From the NCBI GenBank assembly GCA_013265495.1, contig MU058221.1, forward strand, positions 1,612,001-1,676,000: a DNA stretch of 64,000 nucleotides, given 5' to 3'. The notes beneath the pieces are model-generated. The model ran no database searches, was not told the origin of the DNA, and saw only the letters and a list, made by a program, of their open reading frames with translations. The position numbers were made by a program, and so were the translations under genes. The first letter of the stretch is position 1. Each line of letters begins with the position of its first letter. This stretch comes from Vicugna vicugna. Lineage: Eukaryota. Below, one piece after another: positions 37,556-49,930 of the stretch.

Positions 37556-39056
37556 TCTAAGGTATAAGGAAAGAATCTTGGCAGCTGGATCCTGAACATA
37601 TTAGCCTTTGAAGTTAGAATTTTGCTTATAGAAAGCGTGATGCCATGTAAAGTATCCATTTATATTGTCCTGTATTTTTAAAAAGTTATTAAAATTTGAA
37701 ATTACAATAATTACTCTATCTGGCCAGAGTTCTTGCAAATTTTGGCAGCTAGCATAAAGAGAGTGAGACATTAGTTTGAATAATTAAGCAAAGTCATTAT
37801 CATTACTGAAAAAATTCCAAAACTACTGAACATGGAAAATAGTCATATAGGACATTCTTTCTATGAAAACCATGAACTTTGCGATTAGACTGTCAGATGA
37901 TTATTAGGGAAAGATGCGTCATGAAAATAAAGATTATCTCTCATTTGCTGACATAAAAACATTTAAAATATGTATAAAGGTTTTCAAAAATCAACTTTTA
38001 TCATTGCTGTTTACTAGCAATAATAGTATTAACTACAAAAATGTATTAAGTGCTTACCACTTGCCAGTCTCAGAGTACGTAGTAACCTCTAATTCAGCAG
38101 ATTATTGTTCATTCTGAGAGACGATTACTGATACTTATTTTCTTTATGCATATTTATATACTGGAATTTTCAAAATAATCAGAATACTTTATGAAACTTT
38201 CACAGTGGTCCTCTGCATTTTATAATTAAGAATAAACCAAAGCACTTTGTACAAGTGGAAAGGAAGGCAAAGCTAGCTACCTGAACTCATTTAACTTACA
38301 CCTGCCGTAACCCTGGTCATCGAAATGTTTCGGGGGAATGCTAAAAAGAGGCAAAGACAATAAAGGATAAAGGAGGCCAACCGTGGAGTTACCAGTGAGG
38401 AAAGAGGAAGGGATACAGATAAAAACAATTAACTTAAGGAAGCAGGCAGCAATAAGCTAAATCATCATCATCGTCACGCCAAGAAGGCCCCTTGTAAGAA
38501 AAAGAAAGGGTTAGAAGCCCTGTACAATCTCAGGGACAATAACCAAGTAAGAAACGGAATGAAATGAAAAGAGAATTCATACAAAGCACAGTAGGTTTGA
38601 AGAAGGCAGCCATGGAAATAGATCTGGCTTCATCAACCGGGGCAGCAAAAAGCAAAACGAAAGCAGAAGAAACGATCGTCCGCAATCGTCTTAGTGAGGG
38701 CATGACTGACACAAGCAACCTGAAGTCGGAAGGGAAAGGCATGATTTCCCGTGCTTGTGTTCCAAGAGAGCCGTCACGCGGCTAGAAGAATGGGATACGA
38801 GACGTGGAAAATGTAATCGAGAAGAACTCTTAGATTCTGCAAGTGGGAAAGAGGACTGAAAGGAAGGTGGACACGTCCCATCAAGCATCATCGAAGGCTT
38901 TTCATTCTAGTGAAACCGCATGCGGCTTCTCAGAAGTTGACAAGCAAGGGGAGACAGGTTTGTACTAGTCAGTAGCTAAAGGGGGGAAATGTCACATTCA
39001 CACTGATGAACCAAAGAAGGTAACGTGGGGGACTGTCATAGCTTTAGCACTGGGAC

Positions 39057-40572
39057 TGTTACCGAATCCAACTTGGGTCCTCTGGCCCGTGCACAGTAAA
39101 GCTGATCTGCTGGCGATGGGCTGTGGTGGAGGAATGGGCACCTTTTACTGCGGGGTGCCAAGCAAGGGGTCTGGGGCAGCCAGTGCTCAACGCTCCTGAG
39201 CTCCCTGATGGGTAAGGGGAGCACTTTAAAAGGCAAGGTGAGGAAGAGGCGCTGCAGGGATGTGATCAACTCGTGCACAGTCCTCTGACGGGTCGTTAGC
39301 TACATCACAGGGCAGTGTCACGGGGGGTAGCGTTATCAGCCCTCCAGACAGTCTGGAGTCTACCTGCTCACAGTCGTCGTGTAGTCGACTTATTCCATTC
39401 AGTGGGCGTTTCAGCATCTGTGAAACAGCTCAGGAGGTCTGCGTCAGAAACTGCTGTCTATGTATTTCAGGGAGGGGCTGAAGACTCGGTGACTGCGCCA
39501 TGGCTCATTCACTGTGTGAGTCGTTACCAGCACTCCTGGCCCAACTGTGACTTTTGTCTCCCCGTTCACATCCTCACAATCATTAATTCTTTTTTTTTTA
39601 ATTAAAGTATAGTTCATTTACAATGTTGTGTTAGTTTCTGGTGTATATATGTGTGTGTGTATGTTTATATATTCATGTGTGTATATACATATATATTCTT
39701 TTTCATTATGTTTATTACAAGATATTGAATATAGTTCCCTGTGATATACAGTAAGACCTTGTTTATCTATTTTATGTATAGTAGTTTGTATCTGCCAATC
39801 CCAAAGTCCTATTTTATCCCTTCTCCACCCTCTTTCCCCTTTGGTAACCATAAAAGTTTGTTTTCTACATCTATGAGTTAGATTCTGTTTTATAAATAAG
39901 TTCATTTGTATCATTTTTTAAAGATTACACACATAACTGATATCATATGATATTTGTCTTTCTTTGTCTGACTTACTTCACTTAGTACGATAATCTCTAG
40001 GTCCATCTATTTGCTGCAACTGGCATTATTTCATCCTTTTTTATGGCTGAGTAATATTCCATTGTATAATATACCACATCTTTATCCATCCACTTGTCGA
40101 TGGACATTTAGGTTGCTTCCATGTGTGGCTACTGTAAATAGTGCTGCTATGAACATTGGTGTGCATGTATCTTTTTGAATTAGAGTTATCTCCAGATGTA
40201 TGACCAGGAGTGGGATTGCTAGATTATATGGTAATTCTATTTTTAGTTTTCTACGGAAACTTCATACTGTTTTCTATAGTGGATGCACCAATCTACACTC
40301 CCACCCACAGTGTAGGAAGGCTCCCTATTCTCCACATCCTCTCCAACGTTTATTATTTGTAAACTTTTAAATGATGGCTATTCTGACAGGTGTGACGTGG
40401 TCCTTCATTACAGTTTTGATTTGCATTTCCCTAATAATTAATGATCAATCACTATTCCTAAACCAGTCTTTTGTGACTCGGGGTGGCTGGAAGATGACAG
40501 CTTTTCTACAAACAAGAGGCGTGAGGGGAGTGGTCTGTCACAAGAAGGCCCCATGGGGCCTGGTCTGTTACA
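39057..40572 (-). mobile_element. ERV1 solo LTR (MER41-group-like) split by L1
   Basis: Starts 'tgttaccgaatccaacttgggtcc' and ends 'ctgttaca'; contains 'gccaagcaagggg...ctcctgagctccctgatgg'. No clear TSD. Confidence 0.8.
39590..40445 (-). mobile_element. 5'-truncated artiodactyl-type L1 (~856 bp)
   Basis: Poly-T tail, then 'aattaaagtatagttcatttacaatgttgtgttagtttctggtgt'. TSD caatcattaattc (39577-39589) / caatcactattc (40446-40457). Confidence 0.93.
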
Positions 40573-40965
40573 AGCATTCCACTAACCCTCATCGCTGGCA
40601 AACCCTTGGTAGTCAAGTCCTACCAGAAGAAGTGAGAAAGGACATTAACCTCTAACACCCCTACTTAGTCTCAGCAAAGGGATCCACTCAGCAGATCACC
40701 TGCTCATCAAGAGAGCACGTAATCCACAAAGCCTCTGAACCTTAAAGCCCAAACATAACCGGTCAAACACCTTCTCTTCTCCTGCACAGAGGGAAGGGAG
40801 CTGAAGTTCCCATGGGCATGTCCTTCTGGCCACAATAATCTGGATGAGAAAGAAAGAGAGATTGGCAGGTAGAGCCAGTGAGTAAGACAGAAACGAACTT
40901 CCCTGGGGGCCTTTTCAAGCACCATCGAGAACATTTCAACTTCTTCCTTCCAACCTTGGAGAGAA

Positions 40966-40996
<31 letters not shown>

Positions 40997-41012
40997 CACA
41001 CATGCACACACA
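40966..41012. repeat. Interrupted (CA)n microsatellite
   Basis: Read directly from the sequence. Confidence 0.9.
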
Positions 41013-41259
41013 CTTTTTTTTTCAATTGAGTAAAATGGTGAAATGATTGGCCCAGGTTCCACACACACCCGAAGACCTCACCGTCCTGCCGACTTCCTGC
41101 CCGCTTCGGCTGTCAGGTGCATCTTGGCTGCAGAGAGCCTGCGGAATGCTCCCCAGCAAAACAGCGGCCCAAGGAGGGTTCTCGCAGACTTGGGGCTCTG
41201 CAGTCCCATAATACTGCGTCTTTCAGTGACAGTCTACGTTATTTTCTCAGAGAAGGAAG

Positions 41260-41495
41260 GTTAGCATAGTGGTTAGAGCTTCAGAGTTCAAGTAAAAAAG
41301 GCCTGGGTCCAAATCTTAACGCTGTTATGTATTAGGCACAGTGACCTTCGTCAGATTGTTTCATCTCCCCAACCTTCAAGATTCCTGTGTTGACGGTGGC
41401 TCACAAAGCCTCTTAGGGTTATGGGAATTAAAGGAAACAATGAATGCCTTAGCTGCACACAGAGTAAGCGTGCAAAAAGTGTCCCCTACTATTGC
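41260..41495 (+). mobile_element. MIR
   Basis: 'tagcatagtggttagagct...gcctgggtccaaatctt...gtgacctt'. Confidence 0.8.
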
Positions 41496-42611
41496 TCCTT
41501 AGTGTTCCCGCTTTTCTCAGGAGGAGGAGTTCCAAACAGGCCTTTGGCCGCTCGCTCATGCTTTCACTTATACTGCGTCTATTACAAGTGCCATTTCTAG
41601 AAGGAGACGCCTGATGTCATTTTTATCAAGCAACAGGACAAGGGACTGTTCCGACATGCTTCCAATAATCACAAATCTTTTTAGAAGACAACATAATGTA
41701 CTTTTTGTGGCTTCCTGTTCACTCCACTTTTCAGTGCATAAGCTAATGAACTGAAGTTGCGTCATATTTTCGTCTTTCTTCACTCAGAAAGCAAAGTTCT
41801 GAGCTCAGTCCACTCCCACCTGCGATTAGCTAGAGCCAGTAATGCTGACCAGGGCTATTTGTAAAGGCTACCTTCATGATTTCATTAACACAAACACATA
41901 CACACGTATAGGAGAGTGTCTTTATGTAATTCTGTGCTCTTGGCTGACAAGGAGACTGAGGCTTGAGGAGATTAAGGAACGTGCCCACCGTTCACCGCTC
42001 ATAGAAGCAGAGTTTGAACCAGGTCTCCCTGGCTCCAAAACCACTCGCCCTCATCGCTCTGCTACACTGTCAAAAGGAAAAGCAGAAATGATACTTCTGC
42101 TTTGTAAACAGGGACTCTTGGACACCTGACCGAGTTCTAAGGAAAAAAATAATCACGGAGAGGACTTCTCCCCGAGGAGCCTCGGGCTTCTTCATAAAGC
42201 ATTAGCGTTAATGGTACTCAGTGATTTATTTTCTAAAGGCGAAAATGAGGGGGATTTAATGCGTTTATTCTGTGAGAGGTAGAGCTCATTACTTGCTGAA
42301 GAATATGAAAAGCATCACTCTTCAAAAAAATGTAAAAGCGCTCTGGAAAGGAGTGGGTTCTAATTTAATAGGCTATGCCAGGCATATACTAATAGGAATC
42401 ATTCTGTTTCCTTCACTCAAGAAGGATTGACTATCTGACCAGTGGTACATAAAGGTTTGTTTTCAGTGAAGCCCTTTTTGACCTACAGTCTTCAGCGCTG
42501 TATTTACCACGATACGTAGACAAAAACATCACATGTGTTTTTGCCTGGAGAAAGCTTGTAACCTAGTCAGGAATAAAACAGACCGGAGGAAAGCCTGAAA
42601 AGCAACTTTGA

Positions 42612-42713
42612 GAACATGAAAATGAATATAGGTACGTTCATGTATGACTGGAGCACTGTGCTGTGCACCAGACATTGACACAATACTGTAAACGGACTAT
42701 AACTCAATAAAAA
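42612..42713 (+). mobile_element. ~100-bp 5'-truncated L1 terminal fragment
   Basis: Same 3' end as the L1 at 18672-18945. 14-bp TSD aaaagcaactttga (42598-42611) / aaaagcaattttga (42714-42727). Confidence 0.9.
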
Positions 42714-44089
42714 AAAAGCAATTTTGAATCAATCATATAGGTAAGATCAGATAATCAGAACACATAATATAGTCCATATACTAACTGAAAAAAACTTTCA
42801 AAGTAATCATAGCATAATTACCAGCACAACGTGAGATTCTGCAAATATGACCTTCTGTTGTTTACCAAGTCAATGACTTGCCGCAAAATGGATGGGGAAG
42901 AAAACTGACCAGATCATGTTTCGGTTCAAGCGTAACAAATCCTAGAACTCAGCAGGTATCGTAAGGAAAATTAGTGACTTAAGCCCTAAAGAGCAGATTA
43001 ATTTTATTTGTCATGTTAAAGCTAATGGCTTCCTTCACCACCACGTCCCTGGGATGGACCCATCTTCTGTAACCGCCAGCTCTTTAGATGATCACTCTTA
43101 TTTGTGCATCATTCACTTAAATATGTTTCCATAAATAGTTAAACTGGTTCGCCCAAGAAAGCTCGTCTCCCTAATGCTTATTAAAGCTCATTCTAACTTT
43201 TCCATCACCAGAACTTGGAGAGGCATAATAAGGATTCTGAGCAAAATGAATTGTATGCTGGATGGGCAATCATCACCAGCGTTAGCGTATATGCAGTGAG
43301 TAAATATGCACTGAAGAGTCTTGCTGTGAACGGTTTCAAACTAAAACAAATGACTGAACTGCAACTGAAGCAACAGACTATTTCTCACCAGGTGCTGTGG
43401 GAATATGGGACACACTGTAGTTTTATTTTTTGTTTTTTATTTTGTTTAGTGTTGGTTTTTTTCCCGGCATATTCTCGGAAACAATTGGAAAACGCCCCAG
43501 GAATGACATGAAGACAAACAATTTATGCTTTTACACAAATCATTAAACCATAAGCAACCTCACTGAACAGCTTCCCATTGGCGCCTCAACTAAAACAGCC
43601 GGGCTGACGGTTGGATATTGAAGGAAAAATAAAATTCCTTTTGCATCGCGTCCCTTCTCTCAGACTTACAATGAGTTCCTTCATTTAAAGTGGCCTGAAG
43701 AAAACAAAGCAGCTTAATTAATGCCGGCAAGTGGGGTTTGGGAAAATTCTAATCAGATGTTTGCTTTAAAAAGGCGCTGGACGTTTTATGTTTTAATGAT
43801 AATGACGATGATAGTACCAATAACTTGCAGTTTTGAGTGTTCAATGCCCAACCGTATTCTGAAGGCTTTAGTGCTATTAACTCGTTTAATTTTCACAAAC
43901 AACTCTGTAAATATTGTCAGGTCTGGCTACTTGATGTGAGGAACCCAGTGCAAAACAGACACGCAGAACCTTTGCTGCAGAGGGGCCGCGGTCTCCCTGT
44001 CTCCTCCCTCCCGCTCTCCCTCCTGCGGTGGCGGGCTTTATTTGCCATTGAACATTGCCCTCCCCGCGCAGGGGGCTCCAATCTTGAAT

Positions 44090-44505
44090 ATTATGCTCCT
44101 CCTAAAGGGGAGGCCACTGAGGACAAGGGGTACAGAGCCTGGGCCCCTGGGCAGGACAGCTAGTTCAGAGACAGGCGTGTGACGCCGCCAGACTTAGCGA
44201 GACTGGGCGGGCCACACTGAGACTCCCGGGAAGGAAGCTCCCTTTGCTCGTTGCACTTGGACGTGGGAGGATCTGGGGTCTGGAGCTGCTGGCCCTACCA
44301 TCCGTCCGTAAGAGGTTGCGTCTAAAAGCAAAAACGAAGTAGGAGGCAGGACCAAAGAAGGGGGCAGAAACCGGATCTGCGAGCTAGTTTGGATTCGTGG
44401 TTAAGACACAAGTTTCTTCGGATTTCTCAGTCTCGTTAGCCCACTGAATTCCACCTGCAGTTGCTTCTCGCTTCTGTTGAGTCTCAGGTTTGTCATCGTC
44501 AGAAA
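44090..44505 (+). mobile_element. Ancient MaLR LTR (MLT1K/L-like)
   Basis: 'gttcagagacaggcgtgtgac', 'ggtctggagctgctggcc' and 'gatttctcagtctcgttagccc..tgaattcc'. Confidence 0.55.
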
Positions 44506-44892
44506 AACGCTCCCCTCCCTCCTAAGCGATGCTCAGGTCCAAACCCCCAGAACCTGCGGGTGTATTAATTCACACGGCCAAAGGGACTTGGAGTATGTAA
44601 TTAAGACAAGGATCTTAAATCCCGGAGATTATCCGGGTGAGCCCAATGTTACCACAAGGATTCTTGTGAGAGGGTCAGAGTCAGAGAAGACGTGATGACT
44701 AAAACAAGGTGGAGTGATGTGGGACCATAGCCAGCCCCCAAAAGCAAGGAGATAATTTTCCCCTGGAGCCTCCAGAAGGAAGCCTGCTAGTTCATTTTCG
44801 TCTTCTGATCTCAGAAGCTCTAAAGTAATAAATCTGTGTTAGGTTGCCAAATCAGCAGTACTTTGGTACGGCGATAATAGGAAAGTAATATA
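44505..44892 (+). mobile_element. MaLR LTR (MLT1C/D-like)
   Basis: 'cccccagaacctgcgggtgtatt..cacacggccaaagggactt', 'gattatccgggtgagcccaatgt' and 'ccctggagcctccagaagga...ataggaaagtaata'. Confidence 0.85.
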
Positions 44893-46714
44893 ACATCTCT
44901 TACAGAGTCCGGTCACGGATTTATGCCAGGATACAGGGCTGGAGGTTGATTTATTTACATATAAAAGAAAAAATGTGGGAAACTCTCTGTCTGCAACGCA
45001 GGCATAAATTTGCTTTCCATTTTCTATGTCTTCCCATCAAAATAAACTCCCAGAAAGGTGATTATCATTCACTGCCATTTCAGTATTAATATTGGATTAT
45101 ACCTTGGCCCAATGCTCAAGCTTTCTTTTTCTGTTTTGAAGAATTTATTGCCTGGACCACTCTTAGAACACGCTGTGATACCCAGTGACGAAGTCCTTCT
45201 GAGAGACCCCAACTTTCCAGAACAGACGCATCAGGCAGGGACTCTCCACCGTTCCTCTGTTTCCCACACCCGCCGGGGTGACTCTGCACACAGCAAAAAT
45301 AATAAAGTCCAAGCGTGCTGGTCTGCTTCCTTCTGGCCCCGCTGCCAGTCTCATCGTTAGCAACAACTGCTCAGTTGTGATCGTCACATCAACACAGAAG
45401 CAGAGAGAGGTAGAGCCTTATGTCTGTTAACCTGGCTGCAGAAGAAGTGTTTAGGATCTATGATGCATGTCCTTGCAATCGTATGTTTGGTGCTAGCCGG
45501 TCCCCTGCTGGTAATATCTGAGGGAGTGTTGTGGGAATCCCAGCTGGGAATGGATGTGCGTGAAGGATGCGGAACACTCTAATAAAACGTCATCCCCAGA
45601 GAAGAGCTCCCTTCAAGCTACTTGAGGACAGAGGTGGTTCTGATGACGGCCTGGGATGTGTCACTCGGATCTGTGCTCTGGCCCAGCCCCGTGGGCTAGG
45701 GTCTGGGTCTAGAGAGGGAGAAGCTACGACTCCAAGAAGAACAAAATGGCATGGGGTTTCTTCAGAGGGAACACACATGAGGAAGGATTAATATAGCTGA
45801 AGCACTGGCATCGGCTCTGGGGACGCCGTCGTCAGCAGAGAGCCGTGTCACACTCAGCGTTGACACCCTGCGGTCGGCCGTGTCTCAGCTCCCGCCAGGA
45901 CGCGATCCAGCTTCCAGGCAGGAGAGGGTGGAGGCTGCCCTGGGACGCCCGGTGCACACAGCTCCTCCCACGGTAGGAGCCAGGATAAGACAGGGGAGGC
46001 AAGGAAGCAAAATTATCTCTTGAAGAGGACCGGGGTGGGGTTTGAAGGTTTCAGCAGTACCTCTGATGGAAAAAGAGCCAGAAAAATATCGCTTGCTACT
46101 GCTCATGATGCTTGATGTTTTGCTTCCAGGGACCAAAATGAAACATGGTTACGGATGCGCGGTTTTCATCGCTCTTCTAACTGACCTTTGCCACATGCGT
46201 GCTAGCGGTCCAAGCCGGCTCCTCCTCCTTCTGTCCTTTCTCTGTCTGTCTGTATCTCTCTTTTCAGATCCCCCTGGTGAACAGGCACAGACACACACTT
46301 CTGTGAGGGTTCTTGAATTTCAGTCATTTATACTCATTTATCATTTCAAGGAAGACGGGCTACACCTGGCAGCAACAGCACCATGAGAATAAAGTGATGA
46401 CCAAGGAGGAGCACCGGTCTGTCTGCTCCCAGGGCGGGAGTGGATAAAGCCGGCAGGTAGCGAGGCGGGAGGGTCTGTCCAAACCCATCAGAGGAAGTGT
46501 GTGCATTTCCGGGCAGAGGGGGAAGGCGGCGGCGATGAGTCAGCGCGTGTTGCTGAGGCTGGTAGCTGGCGGTGAGAAAAGAAGGGCAGGAGGAGAGAAG
46601 TTAATGCTTTTCCCATGTGTAAGCCCAGTTTCTTATTTTTAGCCATGATGCGTGAGGGCCCTTGCCCACAGGCCCCACAGAAGCGCAGCGCGGGGCCCCT
46701 AAGGCCGGGTTTAT

Positions 46715-47997
46715 TGAGTGTAAAGAGGAATCTGCCTGGCGCCAGTGACTGGGTTCTCTTCCAGGTGCAGGAGGAATTCAGAGACAGGACGCAGAGGTTA
46801 AGACAGTAAAGTGAGGATTTATTAAGGGATGTGAGACAGGAAGGGGGCAGGGCACAGCCATTCAAGGAGCAATGGGACAACTAACATCAGGATGGTTGAG
46901 GATTCAGCCCCCAGGAGGCCCTGAGGCTCAGGACGGTGGGAGATTTAACTTCCAGCAGAACTTGAGCTTCAGTATATGCTCATTGTAATGTATTACCATG
47001 GTGAATAACATGCCCACGGGCACCATGCAGTCCCGAGGCTGGCCACAAAAGGTCAAAGAGTGGGAAATGGCCAGCTTCCTGGGAATCCCAGCCCTTTTCC
47101 CCAGGCTGGTTAGACTGGTCCTTCCACTTATTAACATATGAAGCTATGAAGCCCATAAAACCAGCAACACTGCCCCTCACGGCTGCCCCCTCTCTCCCTC
47201 TTCTGAGATGGCCCGAGCTCTGTCTATGGCGTGTGTACCTACTTTTACTCTGAGCACCCAACCCCCACACCTCGTGGCCTTTCTCTTGCCTTTCGACGTA
47301 TCTCTAAATCAATCTACCTTCACTCAACTGTGGCTCGCACTTGAGTTCTTTCCTGCACAAAGCCAAGGACCCGCGCTTGGCAGGGCATGTCCCAGGGGCT
47401 CTATCAAGACCTGGGACGCTGCCCTCCTCACGCCGCACATCCATTTTCCTGCATCAGATGGACAGCACACCCTCAAGGGGGGAGCGGGCAGGCTTAGGGG
47501 AGCGGCTGCCCTGTTTCTTTGGCAAGTTGGTCACATAGGGTGTAGAAGTGAATGGGTGGAATAGCCATTGGGGAGGGACGGGTTTGGCGTCTTATCCCTG
47601 ATTTTCATCCCAACTGCACCTTCCCAAAGGGAGGAGGCATTTTTGTCCTTATTTAGTCTGGATCGGAAGTGTCGGTGCATGATGGGGACTCCTGATCTGC
47701 AAGGCTAATTTTATTGGAATGATGGTGTAATGAGCAAAAGGTCACATTCAGACACTGGAGACTCCTGCGTTTTCCCACCTTTCTTTGTTTGTCTCCAGGC
47801 CACTTGTCACCCCAAAGTACGTGACCACTTATCAGCCCAGAGGTTCCTGCTTTTCTTTGTCTGCTCAGTGGCCCCCTATTGTTTACATGATGTGTGGTTC
47901 CCTGCATTTGGCCTGTGCCCCTCCTTTCTGCCCAGGTCCTGCCGTGTGGCTGTGTCCCCCTCTCTCTGCTCACACCTAGCTGCCTGCTGCTCTAGCA
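46715..47997 (-). mobile_element. ERV1 solo LTR (same family as 33256-33905), split by another LTR
   Basis: Segments ~46750-46831 and 47457-47997 align with the 33.3-33.9 kb LTR. Probable TSD ttat/ttac. Confidence 0.9.
46832..47456 (+). mobile_element. ERV1 solo LTR (625 bp) nested in another LTR
   Basis: 'tgagacagg...tgcatca' ends, with a perfect TSD GATG at 46828-46831 and 47457-47460. TATA-like 'cccataaaa'. Confidence 0.92.
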
Positions 47998-48177
47998 TTA
48001 CCAGGTGACGATGGACAAAGGAAATCCAAGAGCCAACGCTGTCTGAGGACCCAGCATGGTGCTCGTTTATCCCTGGTTTGTTGGAGAAATTTTCTTTCCT
48101 ACATCATGGGTACTTAAAGGTAACTATTCAATTAAAAAGAAAAAAGGAACATAATAAGGAAGGAGGAAGGAAGGAAG

Positions 48178-48622
48178 CTAAGACACTGACTGTAGGCCCT
48201 CAACCACCCTTTTCTTAGAGCATTTACTTTGGAAAACTTATCACTGTAAATTCTCTTTTTTTGCCCCTTTGAGATATAAAACCTCTACCACACAGGTAAT
48301 GTCTCCCTCAAGGTTCTGTTTGCCATTCCTTTGAAATGTAATCATCAAGAGAGATAGGGCCTCGGCCCCCCAGTTTCTGAGGGGAGGCGGGAGCTGAACC
48401 TTGATGAGGGACAGTTGACAAGCACCGACAGCCCGCTCCCGCTGACCCCACGGGTGCCCTCGGGGTTCTCCCATTAGCTCACCTCAGCACTTAAACCCTC
48501 CCATCTGTGGTCCCAGCAGAGTCGGGCTGAATCCTCCCCCCACTGAAGCAGCGCTGACCTCTGCTTGTCCTGAATAACGTCGTCCTCGCTCTCTAATGGG
48601 TCTGGTGCAATTTTCCTTTAAT
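48178..48622 (+). mobile_element. ERV1 LTR, MER67/MER31-like, 5'-truncated
   Basis: 'ctgactgtaggccctcaaccacccttttcttagagcatttacttt' matches the reverse complement of 608-1165; also 'cctttgaaatgtaatcatcaag'. Confidence 0.75.
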
Positions 48623-49059
48623 TGTAATTTGGAGGCCCAGGGTCATTCTTTCCGTAGCTCTGGCTCTGTCCTTAGCTCCCTGGTTCAGTCTGTCCTTATC
48701 AAACTGATATACGGCCAAGATTTAGTCCCATCTGTTTCACTTAATGCTAAGAGAGTCGTAACCTTAGCGTGATTACGAGACTCAGAATTAGAGCCAAGCT
48801 GCGCTCCAGCCGGGCCGGGCCCTCGGGCCCCTCTGCGGCTCCGCCTTCTCCCAGGCCGGCGGCTTGGCCACGAGTCTCCTACATTCATTCTTCACCAGGC
48901 ATACATTGAGTGCTTGCTGGATGCCTCGCGCTACGAGAAGCCTCGGGTATCGTCTACCTAAGCAGATTCACATTAAGGTGCACACCCTTCAGGATGAGGA
49001 AGGACGTTCCATAACCTCTCATGGAGGTGTGTTCTTTAGTAAAAGTAATAACATACTCT

Positions 49060-49930
49060 TTAAAACTGCTTTACCAACGTACGATTGGCAGATACAAGCT
49101 GCACACGTTTAATGAACACAGCTCCGTGAGCATGGGAATACGTACGCAGCTGCCAAGCTCTCGCCTCCCTCAAGGCCGTTATCACACCCATGACCTCCAG
49201 AAGTTTCCTTCCATCCTCTTTATCGTTATTGTCATTTATTTTTGTGTGTGTGACTAGCGCAACTGACATTAAATCTACCTCCGTAACAAATTGTAAGTGT
49301 GTGCCCGGTGCAGGGTTGTTAGCTCCGAGCACGGCGGTGTGTGATGGAGCTCTCGATCTTATTTATCTTCTACAACCAGAACTTTATACCCCTGGACCGT
49401 CACCTCTTCATTTTTCCCTCCCTCCAGCCCCTGGCAACCACCATTCTACTCTCTGCTTCTGAGTTTGACTCTTTTTTTAGTAATTTTTAAAATACATATT
49501 TTGTTTGTTACTGCATTATCTAATTATTCTATTTTGGTGGATTGGGTTTATTTCTAGAGGAGGTCCTGGGGGTTGAACCCACGACCCCGGGCACACTCAG
49601 CGTGCACTCTGCCACTTGAGCTACCCCCTCCCCTGAGTTTGACGCTGGTAGATTCCACACCCAGATGAGGTCGTGCAGTGTTTGTCTTTCTGTGCTGGGC
49701 TTCTTGTCCTTAGCATAATGCCCTCCAGGGCCATCCATGTTGCTGCAAATACAAGCCTTCCTCCTTTGTTAAGGCTGGGTGATAGTCTGCTGTGTGTGTC
49801 CACCACATTCTCCTTACCCGTTAATCCCTCCACGGGATGGGCACGGAGGCTGTTCCGTACCTCCGTTACTGTGAACAATGCTGCAGTGAACATAAGAGTG
49901 CAGGTATCTCTTTCAGTCCTGATTTCAGTC
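49060..49930 (-). mobile_element. L1MA/MB 3' end, interrupted by a SINE
   Basis: 'ccagcccctggcaaccaccattctactctctgcttctgagtttgac' and 'actgtgaacaatgctgcagtgaacataagagtgcaggtatctc'. Confidence 0.88.
49472..49632 (-). mobile_element. tRNA-derived SINE (Vic-1-like)
   Basis: Antisense A and B boxes ('ggggttgaaccc', 'ctctgccacttgagcta'). 13-bp TSD ctgagtttgactc (49459-49471) / ctgagtttgacgc (49633-49645). Confidence 0.9.

Noticed and set aside
38564..38785. 73-aa ATG-initiated hydrophilic ORF
   Set aside because: No recognisable homology, splice sites or retrocopy hallmarks; purine-rich composition explains it.
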